Below, piece by piece: positions 23,934-37,597 of a stretch of DNA of 64,000 nt. Under the pieces are notes generated by a model. It saw only the letters and a list, made by a program, of their open reading frames with translations. It was not told the DNA's origin and did not search any database. The position numbers and the translations under genes are program-made. Source of the DNA: Antedon mediterranea (lineage: Eukaryota; Animalia; Echinodermata); assembly GCF_964355755.1 (NCBI RefSeq), contig NC_092672.1:25302437-25366436 (forward strand), in the 5' to 3' direction. Position 1 is the first letter of the stretch. Every line of letters begins with the position of its first letter.

Positions 23934-26900
23934 TTCACACATGTTATTAAATTCCCATGTTCTTCGTTAAAGGCCTATATTAATATTATTAAATGAAATG
24001 TCTTTTGAAAACCATAAAGCCCCTTTTGACTTAATTTGAGTACGGTATCCCTCAACAAATTCAAGATAAATTTGAACTAATGTTCACATCTGTAACCAGG
24101 TTTGTATAGGTTTTTCTGGAAAATCTCCCAATATTTCACAGGGGTCCGAGAAAACACACTGACGAGAGGCCTGTTTTTTTTTCGTTCCCGAGATTGTTAC
24201 TGCGCGCGCATGTATTGCCCTGGTATCAAACTGACCAATCATAGTAATCAAAATAGCGAGCGACTATGAATAATAATGTGATTATAAACATAGAGAAATT
24301 AGTTATTTCTCTATGATAACATAAAATGTTGTGAAGAATAGGTATACAGTTTTATTTACAGAGCACCAACCTATTGGGGATTGAGCAATAGCTATCCTCC
24401 TCCCAATTCATACTTCCGACCATGGAGGTATAACATTTTTATACCTCCATCATGTTCCGACGAAAAGCATTTTTGGTAATGGAAGTCGAAAACAGTCCTC
24501 CCACAAAGTCATCGAACCTATCCTTTTCTAGACGTAGGTTTAGGCCTAAATTGATAAAAGGAGAAAAAAAATCTTACCAGATATGATAGGTCTATATTAT
24601 CATCAATATAATGCAGGAATAAATAGGTATATGTATTTATAGATCAGATCATTATACTTGGTGCAATGAACTGGATAGAATCAGAAATAAAGGTATAGTA
24701 GGAAACGCGCAATACAATTGTATCATGGCCAATTCGACGTAACAGGATATAAAGGTATACAAAATCAGCGTGGGGAATTCAGTATCTGAACACCGATATT
24801 GCGAAGGAAACGTGGGCGGTTAAAAGTGCTCTAAATATACCAGGCATTGCATAGAAACATTAAAAAAACACGTTATAACAAGTTATACATTCGCAACTTG
24901 GTGCGTTTTGCGCTATTTTTTAAAATTACGGGATAGTACCAGTTTACATTTCATTTTGTTTTTTAGATCCTTTTCATTTTCATCTATTATTTCTTTGAAC
25001 ATAATTATTTGTATAAATAAACTTTATTATGATCAAATAATTTTCAAACATTTAATTATGACTTCCCTCGCATTATATATATTATAGGGTAATGCGTTTA
25101 AGAGCTTCGGCTCATTGCATACCCGTTTTGTATCAAATAAGTTTATAGAAATATTCTTGTGAAAGAAATACTGTATTATTTTGTTGTTGATACAAATAAA
25201 TGGTACGTATATAGTACCGCGAATGATGATATGTAATTGGCTGTTTTATACTATTATGTTATTTCTACATAATCCGTACATTGTTTTTTTTTGTATTTTA
25301 ACCTATGTACATATTTTTATGACGAATAAACTTGAATTGGAGATATTTCTTATAAATTGTAAGATGATCCAAGAGAAGGCTTAAGAGTAACGATTATTTT
25401 TTTAATAAGTCGAGACCCTTTTTTGTTACAAACTTGTGGTGTGGAGGAAAGATTCCCGAAAGTCCATCTAAGTAAGCTGGGAAAATGTACAGGACACTGA
25501 CCAGCAACGGTTATCCAGAAAAGAACAACTCAGTGTATTCGAGTATATGAACTGGGACGGAAAAACAGAAATAAATAATACGAACTGTTTAAGTGCTTAG
25601 AAGCATTGTGCAATAAGCGCTTTGTACGAACGAATATTATTATTAAGAGAGAAAATATATATATAGAAAAGCAAAGCACTGAATTGTCATCATATCATTG
25701 CTTTCTTCTATTAACAATTAATGTTACATGAACTGAGACGTACCACCAGGTGCACAATAGAAAATGTATGTTTATACAGAATGTGTATATAGATTTAAAA
25801 AAGTACAATGACTTCCGTGTTTAACAATGAGAAATTATGATGAAACTAATTAATAAATACTTGAACCACGAAGGATAGACAAGTGATACAAACCACAATG
25901 ATAAAACAACAAAATATTATTAATGATTTTGTTGTTGCTTTTATATATTTTTGTAAATGCAACATTGTAGGCCTACTTATGTTTTAATGATGTTTATGCC
26001 ATTTTCGGGTTTAACTTATCCCTTTTTAAAAATGTGTTTTAGTTCAGGTTTTTAGTTTGTAATTTACGGTACCATAATGTGTTACCATACCAAAGATGAA
26101 GTATTAAAACAAATAGATAAACACACGGGTTCTACATCATCAGGGTTCACAAGTCAACAATACACATTTTTTTCAATAATAATATTAATGGGATATAAAT
26201 ACCATTTTTTTCAACATTGATATTTCATTGTATATTAACTGTAGCTAATTCAACGTCATGTGTATTTTTGCCGTCCTGTCTGGCAATAATAAGTTGCTTG
26301 ATTGATGGTGTAAATATGAATAACATGCAGTATTCATGTATATTCATTAGTCTTATTATTCATAACATGTCAAATATAGTTGTAATCATCTCAAACCTAC
26401 TTATTTAAATAAGGCCTTGTAACAATGGCATTGGAAAAAAATAAATACACCTTTAATATTCTCAGTATTCTATTCAATTATTCCGCTATTCTATTCTACA
26501 TTACATGGCTTAACTTCATATTACGTCATAGTTGTTTGACGTACTATCTACTGTGTGTGACGTTGATTGATTAGTGTAACATGATGTACTCATAAATAAA
26601 TTCATATTATTCATATTTATTTATTTGTGTCAATATGTTCAACGAATCCAAAATTCTTCCAAATAAATGTTGTGCCCGCGTAATACACAGGCATCAAGAG
26701 ATTTCTTGGTATTTATTTTCAATTTTATTTATACAGTATTTGTTGTTTCTCGGTTTTCAATTCACGTTACCATAGTTTTTTCATCACTGCCGACCATAGT
26801 GTAAAACAACGGTTGATTGTGTATTTTTCGTAAATAAATATGTGTTATACTACATAGTACTATATAGAAACAATCTGCAAAATGATCTATATTTAGCAGC

Positions 26901-28179
26901 ACCATTGTTTTGGTAATTCTTGACAACACATTGTGAAATGTATTCAATTCAGGAAATTACAATCAGTTTTTAATCGCAAGTAGATTGTTTAGTTTCCTTG
27001 TCTATACCTGGACAACATAATAACTTACACGAAGGTAATCTACCAACAGGACACTGAGCTCACTTTTCTAAGATAGGAACTCGAAACAGTTCTTTGATCT
27101 TATGTCTGGCTGCGAGAAATACCACTATAAAATCAGTGAAATTGTAATTTGTAATGTAATCACTCTTCCCCGATACAATGCACATATTCTAATCGTGTCG
27201 TTGTAGCCACAGATCTACGGAGCTCATCATTACGGTTGCTAGATTGCTTAGCTTACACTTGGCAAACAATTCGCATGTTGGATCTGCGGATTGAGAGAGG
27301 GGAGGGGAGAGAAAAATGCATACATGACTTTTTACAAATTTTACAACTTACCACTCAGTTCTATGTTTTAAAAAATTATGCATTTAAACTGATAAAGTAC
27401 ATTATTGGTTCGAATATTTGAGTGTTAGTCAATTATTGAGAAGAAAAGACGTTATTTTTATTTTAATAAGATTTTTTTGTGGAGAAAATGATTTACAAAT
27501 TTGTACAAACCTAGTTTTCACAATTCAAGTTTGCACAAATGTGAGTTTTTTGCATAAATATGACATTTTGCACACAGTCTCATTTAGCTTAACAATGGGT
27601 TGTCTTGCCAAACCCTGACTTCAATTTTACTAGCCATTAATTAACACATCCATGACATCAGTTACTGGGAGTTTTTAAATAGCCGTCATTAATGTTACTG
27701 GCCAGTGGAACTTTACTAAATCATAGAGTATGTAAAGTATGAAAGGATATGAGTGATATGATTCTATTTGTTGTAAAAACCAATAAGACATATTTTTCCT
27801 TTCGATAAGTCATAGTTTTTTGTGGTATTTACTGATATGACAAAATAAAAATAAGTATAACACTGTGTTATCTTTCATATTTGTCCATCTTCTTATTGAG
27901 TTGCTGTGGATGCCATTTTGAATTGTATTGGTTTCTGGTGATATTTTTGTATTTTCTGTATAATGACGATCCCAAAATATGAAAATCATCACACAAACAG
28001 CACTGTGTTATTTTTCATCTTCTAGTTTAGTTGTTGATGTCATTTTGAATTATATTGCAGTCCGGTGTTAAGCCACTTTAGATGGATGTTTCTTGTTGAA
28101 TATTTGTGCATAATTATGGTAATGGGTGTGGCTAAGTACAGCACTCAACACGTCTCATCCATTTAAATTAATGTTGACT

Positions 28180-31100
28180 TCACTTTTTCATTCCTAAATC
28201 TTCAATGAATTCCTCATTAATCTAAAAGAAAAGAAATGAATTCATAACATTGAATCTTAATGAAAAACATATATAATACCAACGACATAATAAATAAGAC
28301 AAGTCTTGGATAAAGACTATAACTGTAGGTCTAGTGTACACAGTTTTCCTGTGTGCACTTTAAAGAACCAAGTTCATCCTTTGAGACAAGTAAATTAGTT
28401 CATAAAATAGCCCCTGTATCAGGGGGATTACCACCTATATCTAATAGGACAGGGATTAGTTTACTATTGGTAATCCTTGGCCACATGTGCCTAAAAACAT
28501 AATAAATAAATAAATATCTTTTGAACAAGGTATAAGGGTGTGCACAATATGCTGGGAATAACCTTTGATGGTACCTTCATTTTACAGAATTTTCCCTTGC
28601 AAAAGTTCATAAAGTCAAAGTGAATTAGAAAGAGCTATATTTCCTGTTTCTTTCTTAACTGGTGGTACAGGCATTGTCACTCACTGGTGATTTTTATAAG
28701 AATATGCAATAGTCAAAAATACTAATCATTTTAGGGAGGTAAAATGTGCAGAGGCTATGGAAAATGTTTATATAGATAGGCTAGAGATGGGACTGGAAAT
28801 TTAAAAATATAAATTTAAAATAATAAATTAAGACCACATAAATCACAAATATTTTTTCTTTTTTATAAAATAAAATATATTTTTAATCACAATGGAATAA
28901 ATAATTTCTTGTATACAAGGATCATAATCATATAGAATGCGTTTATTCGCTCAACAGGCTGCGTTGCATATCATACAACACACGTGTAGTAGTGCGTGAC
29001 TGCATAGGGGCGTATCCAATAGTTAATTGCAGCCGCCATCTTGTTGGTTCATTCTCCATAAAGAATCATTTTCTGTGATAACATTGGAGTCTGCCCTCTA
29101 GCCAATCTATATTACCTTGATCACATCAAGTTTCAATACCAGATTACTAAATCAGGCATGTAACAAAAATTTAAACAGACTGATATATTAAACGTTGATT
29201 GTTTATCTGTCTGCGTGGGCTGTTTTGTGCATATAATCAACAGATCTACTGTAGCTCCACCCAAACTTCACACTGTCTATGCATGCAGGGGAAATAGAAA
29301 AATTGTGAGCTGTCTGCAAGTGACCAGCTATAGTAAAAGGTAATTATAAAAGGGTTTTGATTTAGTGGCCTGTCTCATAACCTTAGCATTATTCATTCAA
29401 GATGAACAAATCACATTGAATTACTAGGCTACCTTGTATTTTTCTTCTAGAAGGTCTATGAGATCATCTGTGACATCACCCTGTATAATGATCTCATCCT
29501 CACCAGTTACAGATGAGCCACAGGAAAACTTCTGTGAGAAACGCTTTGCCGCCGCAGGTAGTTCAATTCCTATAGAAAAATAATTCATTTCAGGTGTTTT
29601 AGTAATGGCACTATATATTTATTTATTTCCAGTCACATTTGACTGCAGGAAACCTGCCACTAATAGAATGCATTGCTTATTATAACATTTCTTGTAATGT
29701 TATAAGATAGCAAATTCACCAAAACTGATATTTATGAAAATTAGTAAGTACTTTCCTTATAGAAAAAACTATATATATTGAAAGACTGATCAATTTTACA
29801 TAGGAATATACTATTTTAATTAGAAAGAGTTATGTGGTTAGGGTTTTTGAATAATTGAAAATCAGTAAAATTCCTATCTCATAATTTTATGGAAAACTTC
29901 TGTAGCACCACTTTTTTAAAAAAGGGCTTCATTTCACGATGCTTATTTCTGCTTTTTGATTATTATCAGTTAAATAGTTTAAAGGCCTTCATTTCACGAT
30001 GCTCATTTCTGCTTTTTGATTATTATCAGTTAAATAGATTAAATAGTTTATATTAACAACAGAAATGTATGCCCTAATATGGAGCCTTTAATTAAACATT
30101 TCTAGAAAATAATCTAACTTTATGTTTTTTCCATTGTATTATGCAAATCTTACCATGCGTGACAAGACCTTTTATAATTGTAACAGTTTTCTTTTTGTTT
30201 CTTTGTTGTCGGCGTATTGTAATAGTCTGTGGTTCTGCTTTCTTTTTGGTTTTTAAAACTCCTTTTCCTCCTTTAAAAAATAAATAAATACTTAGTGGAG
30301 TACCTCACATCCATGGAGCAGAAACGTGGTGTACCTCACATAAACGGAGCAGAAACTTTTGCAGTAATTTCTAGCTGTACCGTAAATAAATAGTGAGTTA
30401 GAATTTTGGCACTAGGCCAGGATTGAACCCTGGACCTTGGGATTTGAAGGCAAGCACGTTTCCACCAACATACATTTAAACTCAGACTTACAAAGGACGG
30501 GAAAGGGTATTAAAAGTAGAAATGCATGCTGGGATATGATCATCCCTTCTATATTTGACTGACCTCGTTTTTGTTTTTTCTTCTTTTCACCGCCCTCTGC
30601 ATCTCCATCATTCAGCGACATCATAGACTCAAACATGTCTGGGAAGTTCTCCTGCAACCAGTCTTTACACTTTTCATATTCAGGACCGTATTCACACAGT
30701 TCAGGTTGCATGGTACAATCTATAATCATTACAATCAAAAACGAAATAATTAATAAACAAAAAAAAAAGAAAAAGTCCATTTCAGCTTTAATATTATGAC
30801 ATCACAAATTGAACTTGTTTAACATTTAAACTTAAAAGTACTCTACAAAACTTTAGAAGTTATAATTTTTTTTTAAACATCATACATTTTTATCTACATT
30901 TTCATTTTTTATTTCAATATAGCATTTATAGTAGGCCTAAAAAATCCCCACTTGTTAATCTATGTGCATATAATGGTATTAAGATAGGATTATAACACAA
31001 CTGAACTGATTTTTATTTGATTGGAGGATTGTGGGTCACATGATGTTCAATAGACATGGGTGTTTCCATAAATAAAGGGGCCAAGGTGTGACATTAGGGT

Positions 31101-34100
31101 CAGAATTTCAAAGTGTGACATTCTAAGTCTAATAATCAATTCTAAATAGTATATTATGTACTTGAACTAAAAAAAGAAGCAAAATACACATTAAATCTGT
31201 TGTCTCTATGTAACAGCATTTATATAGTATCAACATGCATAGCAAATTTCACGTGTAACGGAGACACCAAAATCACATTATCTACCCCTCTTATAAGTTA
31301 TTATTAATAACCTAAAACTGTTTAAATTGGATTTTTAAATAGCTTTTAGGAACATCTTCAATGCAGAAAAATATTATTTAAATCACACCTTTTCAAATTT
31401 AAAAAATAGCTTATGAAATAATTATGCAAAGCCGTTAAAGTTGACTTAATTTCTATATAAAAGATTTGTAAAGTCACTGCTGTTTAAAAATTACATGTAA
31501 ACAATACAGAAATGAACAGAATATACCTCAAGTATATACATTTACTAGCAACAAGTCAAATCAGGATCATACCTCCATGTGGAAATAAAACAATATGGTT
31601 CATGAAATATAAATGGAAGATTTCACGTGTAACGGAGACACCAAATGTTCACTTTAACTCGTCACAATGTTTTATGAAATGGTTTTGATATGCAGCCATT
31701 TTTAAAGTGTAACAAATGTGGTTACTACTGCATACAATTGATAAACTGGTAAAAATAGTATATCAAATACTATCTTTTAATCAATAAAACAATATAATTC
31801 ATGCAATAAAAAATTGAAGTTTTCACGTGTAACAGAGACACCAAATAGTTCACTTAAATAAGTCAACAAGAACTACTACATTATTTTTAAAGTGTGACAA
31901 CTGTAATTACTACTGCACACAACAAACTGCTAAAATATACTATTAATAGTCATTTACAGTAAAATCATTGAGAATACATTTGGATATACTTCGCATTAAC
32001 ACTCTTGTTCAATCATTAAAACGTATAATCTATATAAATTTACGTGAGGGAAAAATTTGGTAAATCGCGCATTACTTCTAAAATGTTTACTCAATGGTAT
32101 ATAAAGTTGGTTCGTACTTTCAGTGCTGATTTTAACCACCTGATGTAACCCTGTTTAATAATTTAATTTCAGTTATGTAAATTTTTTTTACGCTGAAATT
32201 ACTGTATATTCGAGAACCGTCTGTGGGCTGATGTTTCTTTGGTTGGTCTTTTTGTTGATGCGGCATCTCTATTTTTGGGGTTAAATGCAGTTCTCAATTG
32301 GAACGGTAACATTGTTGATAAACTGCTGATCTGTATAGATGAAAAAAATGACAATGAAACATTAGATTTGCCCATCTGGGTTAAATTTGATTCATCATCA
32401 TATAGAAATATAAAGTATATAATTAAGTATTTTTAATATAAATTATACCAATTTAAATAAAAATAAATATATCTATTATTATTATAAAATATGTTAGGCC
32501 TACTATACTAAAGAAAGTGTTTTCTTATCTTATGTTGATGGATTATAATATTTATTATTATTAATTATAAAACAATAAATGAACACTGTATATATTTGTC
32601 TTTCTTGAGTTATGCTCATAAATTGATTTGACTAAAACTATTGCTTTCTTTTCAGATTATTAGTTTAAAATATTAATTTTATTCATCAAATATTTATTAT
32701 TATCATTTTATTATTATAATAAAATTAATATGTTACTGATAATTTTGTCTTAGTTATACTGGGTATAAATGTTTTTTACGTATTATTTTTAAATGTTGTA
32801 AAATGTCTGTTGACTTTATTTCTCATTCTTTTATAATTGTTTTTAAACCACATCGGGAAAACAGTAGACTAGTTATAATGTTTATGGAATATATTTAAAA
32901 CGAAGAGTAAATAAAGGTTCCCCATTAAACTAAGCGCGATCTCTTTGTAGGGAGCCGACGAAGCAAGCGTGTGGGTTTTGGCCAACAAAATAAAGGTTCA
33001 CCGAACCATGACCGAAATAATACCAGTCACCCAATTTGAGCACCGGGAGTCGCCGAGCCAGCAATCACGTTGGTTTTCAATAAAAATTAAAAAATAAAGG
33101 TCCATCAAACTGAACAGCTAAAAATAAACGCGATCTCAATTTGGAGGAGAATTTTATTAGCCAAGCACGTGGTGTTTCGGAAAACCCTATTAATAATCAT
33201 CGTACATGGAGTATATACACTCTCGCTGTAGAAATACCGCCGGAGTCGCCGAGTCAGCTAAAAAATAAACGCGATCTCAATGTGGAGGAGAGCTCATTAG
33301 CCAAGCACGTGATATTTCGGAAAACCCTTAATAATTATCGTACAGACCTGTAGAAATACCAGTCACCCCTTTCAGCTTCGGAGTCGCCGAGCCAGCTAAA
33401 AATAAACTTATCGCAATGTGGAGCAGAGTTCATTGCCCAAGAACGTGGTAATACTATCCTATTACTATTAGGAGAACCTATTGTTCTTTGTTGTTTTGAT
33501 TTGATTTCGTTCATAATAAATTGTTATCCACAGCCTTGCGTTTATATTATATGTAATTGTTTTTATCAATTTAAATAAAGTTATTAATTATTATTAAATT
33601 TATAAAACCTTAGTATATCTTCCGTAGATTGTAATTGAAACAAGTTAAATATTCCCTACACATCAAGTGAAATCGCCCAAATATGATAGGCGCGCATACG
33701 CGACAACCAAGTTGCTTGGACTCGCTCACTATAGTGGAGGGTATTTTAAATGTATATTATAGTAAACATTTAATTCATATTTTATCTTGTCGAATAGCAA
33801 CGTTAAATAAATAAACAAAATTATGTACTAATATTACACATTATTTTGTGTAATATGTTTTTTATTATAACTGAAATGAACCAAATACAATTCTTTTTTT
33901 TCCTACTGTAACAAATAGAATAGTCAAAACCGACGAATTTGTTTTTATTCTGAAAGTGGTTGTAAACTATGGACTTTTATCCCTATTTCTTGTGACAATA
34001 ATTAAATAACTTTTTATTTTTCTGTGTCATATAGAAGCAATAACCAAATAGCAAACACATAATGTAAAATTTAAAGATTTTATGGTAACTAATTGCTAAT

Positions 34101-35662
34101 TATTTGCAAAATACTACACCAGTATAAGGTCTAGTACACTACGTAACAAGACACGGCGTATCTTCTACGATGTTACGCTGTAACCTGCCTAGTGGAAAAT
34201 GTTTTGCAATTTTGCTCATTAATTTGTTAAATATTAATCAATTATAGACATATCTGTTCATTAGGTATACATTATGAAGCTGATATGAGATAAACAACAT
34301 TCCTACCACATTAAAACAAATATCAACTATATAGTATCAACAAACTACCAACGTAACCGTGTCTCATTGTGTATACGACACCCAGTTTTTGACTATGATG
34401 TTGACGTTAGAGTACGAAGATAGTTTTGGCGTTTAATTTTCTTGTATTTTTCATTATAACCCACTATTTTCTAAATTCTAAAAACTAACAAAATAAAAAT
34501 ACACAAAACTTACATGCAATGAAGCGCGTAGAAGTTATTTACAACGTAACAGTTGAAACAACGTAACAGAGGGACACGAAAAGTCTCTACCGCTGTAACT
34601 CGAAATTAGCGCGGATCCTAGCGATGATTTTTTCGCCGAGACTTTAGTTCGCCTGCTTCTTGAATCACGTGACCTTCAACTTCAGAAATAGCTCTCGCGG
34701 CGTTCACCACCGATGGTCTATGAATAACTACGTAACGAATATACGAGACACGAAATGTTCTAAAAAAATAGTTTTTCGTCTGTAACTGACTAAATAAAAT
34801 CGCCATTTTGTAGAACATTGTGTAAGGTAAATTTCAGTGATCTGTTGTAGTGAATGTAATTCGATTTTCGTCATTATAGTGGTACTTCTTGTGTCTGTTC
34901 ACTAATAAAGATCGTACTAACAACGTAACAAAGTGAGACACGAAATGTTACGTTGTGATGCTGGACGTCGCGGACCGTTGTGTGGAAAACAAAAAATCGT
35001 GGGAAATTGTAATTAGCTTATATTTAACGTTGCTTTGTACTCTATTGTGATGATAAATAAATACAAAATAACTATTGCTGTAGTATATTTTTTAAACTCT
35101 GATATGTCAGTGTATTTAAATGTCACACATATTTTAATAAAATGAGCTAGACACCACGATATATTTTTTTTTTAAATCGGTTTTTTTTGCAATTTTTTTT
35201 TTCCAACATGTAATAGTATTAACCCATATTATTGTTCTATCATATGATAAAATCATTTTTTAAATAACTATTACCAATTTAGAGTAAACAGCAAACTAAC
35301 TATCACCAATACTAAAATACCCACTGGCCCCTTAATTTATGGAAACACCCACATACTACTTAACTCTTACGTCAGAGTGTGACACAAGGCTGTTGACTGC
35401 GCAGTCGAAAATCAACCATTAAAAAAAAATTGTTTAAAGTACAGTAGGTGTGAAAAAAATGAATGAAAACATTTGTATTTGTGCAATGCAATTTTATTCC
35501 GTGAAAGATGAAATGTTTCACAAAGTATTTGGCCCATTGCATGCACTCTTAAACAGTCATTATTTTTATACTATAGCATACAATAAATAATTGAGAACAG
35601 CACTCACATCCACAGTATACAACTTCTAATGGATAAGAAATTTCTGCTTCTACGTCTGCCAT
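28180..35662 (-). CDS. DENR: Density-regulated protein (SUI1-domain translation re-initiation factor), 5 coding exons, ~168 aa
   Basis: Exons (minus strand): 35662-35608 ([18 protein letters not shown]), 30719-30564 ([28 protein letters not shown]), 30270-30154 ([14 protein letters not shown]), 29569-29433 ([23 protein letters not shown]), 28221-28180 (FIEDLG). GT-AG junctions with consistent phases. Confidence 0.96.
28322..28512 (+). mobile_element. SINE 3' part (Deu/Nin-domain-like) with (TAAA)n tail
   Basis: TGTGCACTTTAAAGAACC core and AATAGCCCCTGTATCAG.GGGATTACCACCTAT...GGTAATCCTTGGCCACAT, shared with 47248-47385. Confidence 0.65.
29925..30040. repeat. 60-bp tandem duplication in a DENR intron
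   Basis: CTTCATTTCACGATGCTYATTTCTGCTTTTTGATTATTATCAGTTAAATAG x2. Confidence 0.85.
32029..32228 (+). mobile_element. Internally deleted Helitron-family copy nested in the Sola-like element
   Basis: A|TCTATATAAATTTACG... 5' end and ...CGAGAACCGTCTGTGGGC match the two ends of the 55564 element. Confidence 0.7.
32920..33450. repeat. Degenerate ~120-190 bp tandem repeats
   Basis: GGAGTCGCCGAGYCAGC at ~33046, 33242 and 33380; AAAAATAAACGCGATCTCAAT repeated. Confidence 0.7.
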
Positions 35663-36387
35663 CTTTATTTATTAGCTATAATTATTCTAAAAAATAAAAA
35701 CAATTGATTAAATACTTGAAAATATTGTAAATTGTTGCCATCTCTAAAGAAATGTTCATGGGCACGACTCAGGTTTGTGATGCAAAACATAATAAAAAAG
35801 ACACAAGTTTAGTTATACCATTATTTTAAAGCAATATGCATCTTACAACAGTTATGTGTTAGGATAAATAATGATGTTTGATGTTCCCAAATTGTGGTCA
35901 GAAATTGTTTCATTACATGTTCAGTTTGGGACAGAGAAAGATGCCTTTAAATATACTTTAGTAGCAGTGACAGTTTGTCTGAGAAACATAGATAGTTTAG
36001 AAACCCATGTGAAGTGTGTTTTGGTCATGTATCATTATAAGTGGCCAAAAGTACCATTACTAAGCAACTGGGTAAGAACCAGGCCTAACTAAGCAACAGA
36101 TTTTGTTTTAAAAAGTATCTAAAAATATGGCACCATCCTGAATCTTCTGGTTGCAATAGCACAGTAAATAATATTCCCTCCAGTGGTGTATCAATACAAC
36201 GTTTACCATTGACTTTTTTGACCGGCAGGCTGCTCAAAGTGATGTAGTAAAGGAGACATGGGTTGTATGGTCTATTCCACAGACAACACATTTCTTTTAC
36301 ACACCAAGAGCCGCCAGACAGAAACTTTGATATGGTATCACGTTCCCCTATCCATTAGGATATCTTTTACAATACAGTACAAATAAA

Positions 36388-36506
36388 AACAAGGCCATAT
36401 ACATGGCTGCAGTCGCGTGATCAAGTTAGTGTTTACCGCCCAACCGAATGACCGCCCAACCGACCGCCATAGTCAGCTATAGAGTCACGTTGCATGCGAC
36501 TAAAAA
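36388..36506 (-). mobile_element. HINE/DINE-1-like element
   Basis: Near-identical to 11491-11605. Confidence 0.75.
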
Positions 36507-36614
36507 TGTGTGACATAGTTGAGTTTTCAAGGCTCCCATAGCGCAATCTTTTGTATATTTTTAAATATCTTTTTTTACCATTTCCCTTTTTTTTGTTATT
36601 GTATGTTCTGAGAA

Positions 36615-36919
36615 CTAATTTAATGTAAAAATAAATAATATAACATTGGTCAAATAGAGATAACTTTTTTCGTCTTTATACGGTTAAAAATGTGAAAAAT
36701 AAGTCAATTCTAATAATTTTAGCAGCCCGCTATAAATTCCAACATGCATTGAGCGAGGATTGATATTTTTGTATCAAGGGAGTCTGGCAAAAACAAAAAG
36801 AAAATTAATGCAGCAACAATATAACGTACATTTAAGACAAGGACTGACTTGGTTTAATGTTTTTAAAGTAATATATGCATTATTTTTACAAAACGTCACA
36901 AATTGTAGGGAATGGGTCT
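36615..36919 (-). mobile_element. Partial inverted copy of the Kolobok-like MITE at 36974
   Basis: Reverse complement of both ends of 36974-37597; ends TAGGGAATGGGTCT|TTAA. Confidence 0.7.
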
Positions 36920-36973
36920 TTAAGGATTGTTAATAATATTTTAAAGAAAAAAATTCTCTCAATAAGTTATTAA

Positions 36974-37597
36974 AGACCCCTTCCCTGCAATTTTGGACGT
37001 TTTTTGGAAAATAATACATATATCACTTTAAAAACATTAAACCATGTCATTTCTTGTCTTAAATGTACGTTTTATGGTAAATTATGATAAAAAGTGAGAA
37101 ACAATGCACTACCTAAGTAGCTCGCGGCGATCGACCTCTCGTGGACGGTCTTAGGCCTAGCCTAGCTTAGTTTTGTAGGCCTAGCTGGTAAACATCGGTA
37201 ACGTACGAACATCGTACGCGAGCTATATACCTAGCCTGACGTTGTATAGTTGCTGCATTAATTGTCTTTCTATTTTTGCCAGACTCCGTTGATACAAATT
37301 GGGGAAAACCCGGTATTTTCGCTGAAAAGTTAGGAGTCTTCCATTTGTTTTGGCCTCACGATCGATCGAAAAGTGGGCGAATTACAGGTGAAAAACAAAA
37401 ATATTAATCCGCGCGCAATGCATTTTGGGATTTATAGCGGGCCGCTATAATTATTAGAATCGACTTATTTTTCACATTTTTAACCGTTTAAAGACGAAAA
37501 AAGTTATCGCAATAGGACCATATACTGTAGTATTATTTTTACATTAAATATAGTTTGTGATCTTAAATTAGATCTAAAAAACGTAGGGAATGGGGCT
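36974..37597 (+). mobile_element. Kolobok-like MITE (624 bp)
   Basis: TTAA|AGACCCCTTCCCTGC ... GTAGGGAATGGGGCT|TTAA; purine-purine/pyrimidine-pyrimidine termini with a TTAA TSD. Confidence 0.8.

Larger units (their letters stand above)
31058..35350. mobile_element. Non-autonomous DNA transposon, Sola2-like (4.3 kb), in a DENR intron
   Basis: TIRs GGGTGTTTCCATAAATAAAGGGGCCA and TGGCCCCTTAATTTATGGAAACACCC; 4-bp TSD ACAT (31054-31057 and 35351-35354). Subterminal repeats TTTCACGTGTAACRGAGACACCAAA at 31247, 31621 and 31821, with related ACGTAACA..GACACG motifs near the right end. No ORF. Confidence 0.75.

Noticed and set aside
26696-26709. Short palindrome CAAGAGATTTCTTG as another excision scar
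   Set aside because: Imperfect and without a flanking direct repeat; could be chance.
24500-28100. Possible additional gene between the cytokine receptor and DENR
   Set aside because: Only short AT-rich ORFs and SINE-like tails (~25410-25645, ~27030-27160); no consistent exon chain found.
30405-30475. tRNA-like sequence on the minus strand (GGTTCAATCC B-box)
   Set aside because: No complete cloverleaf; better explained as a decayed tRNA-derived SINE head.
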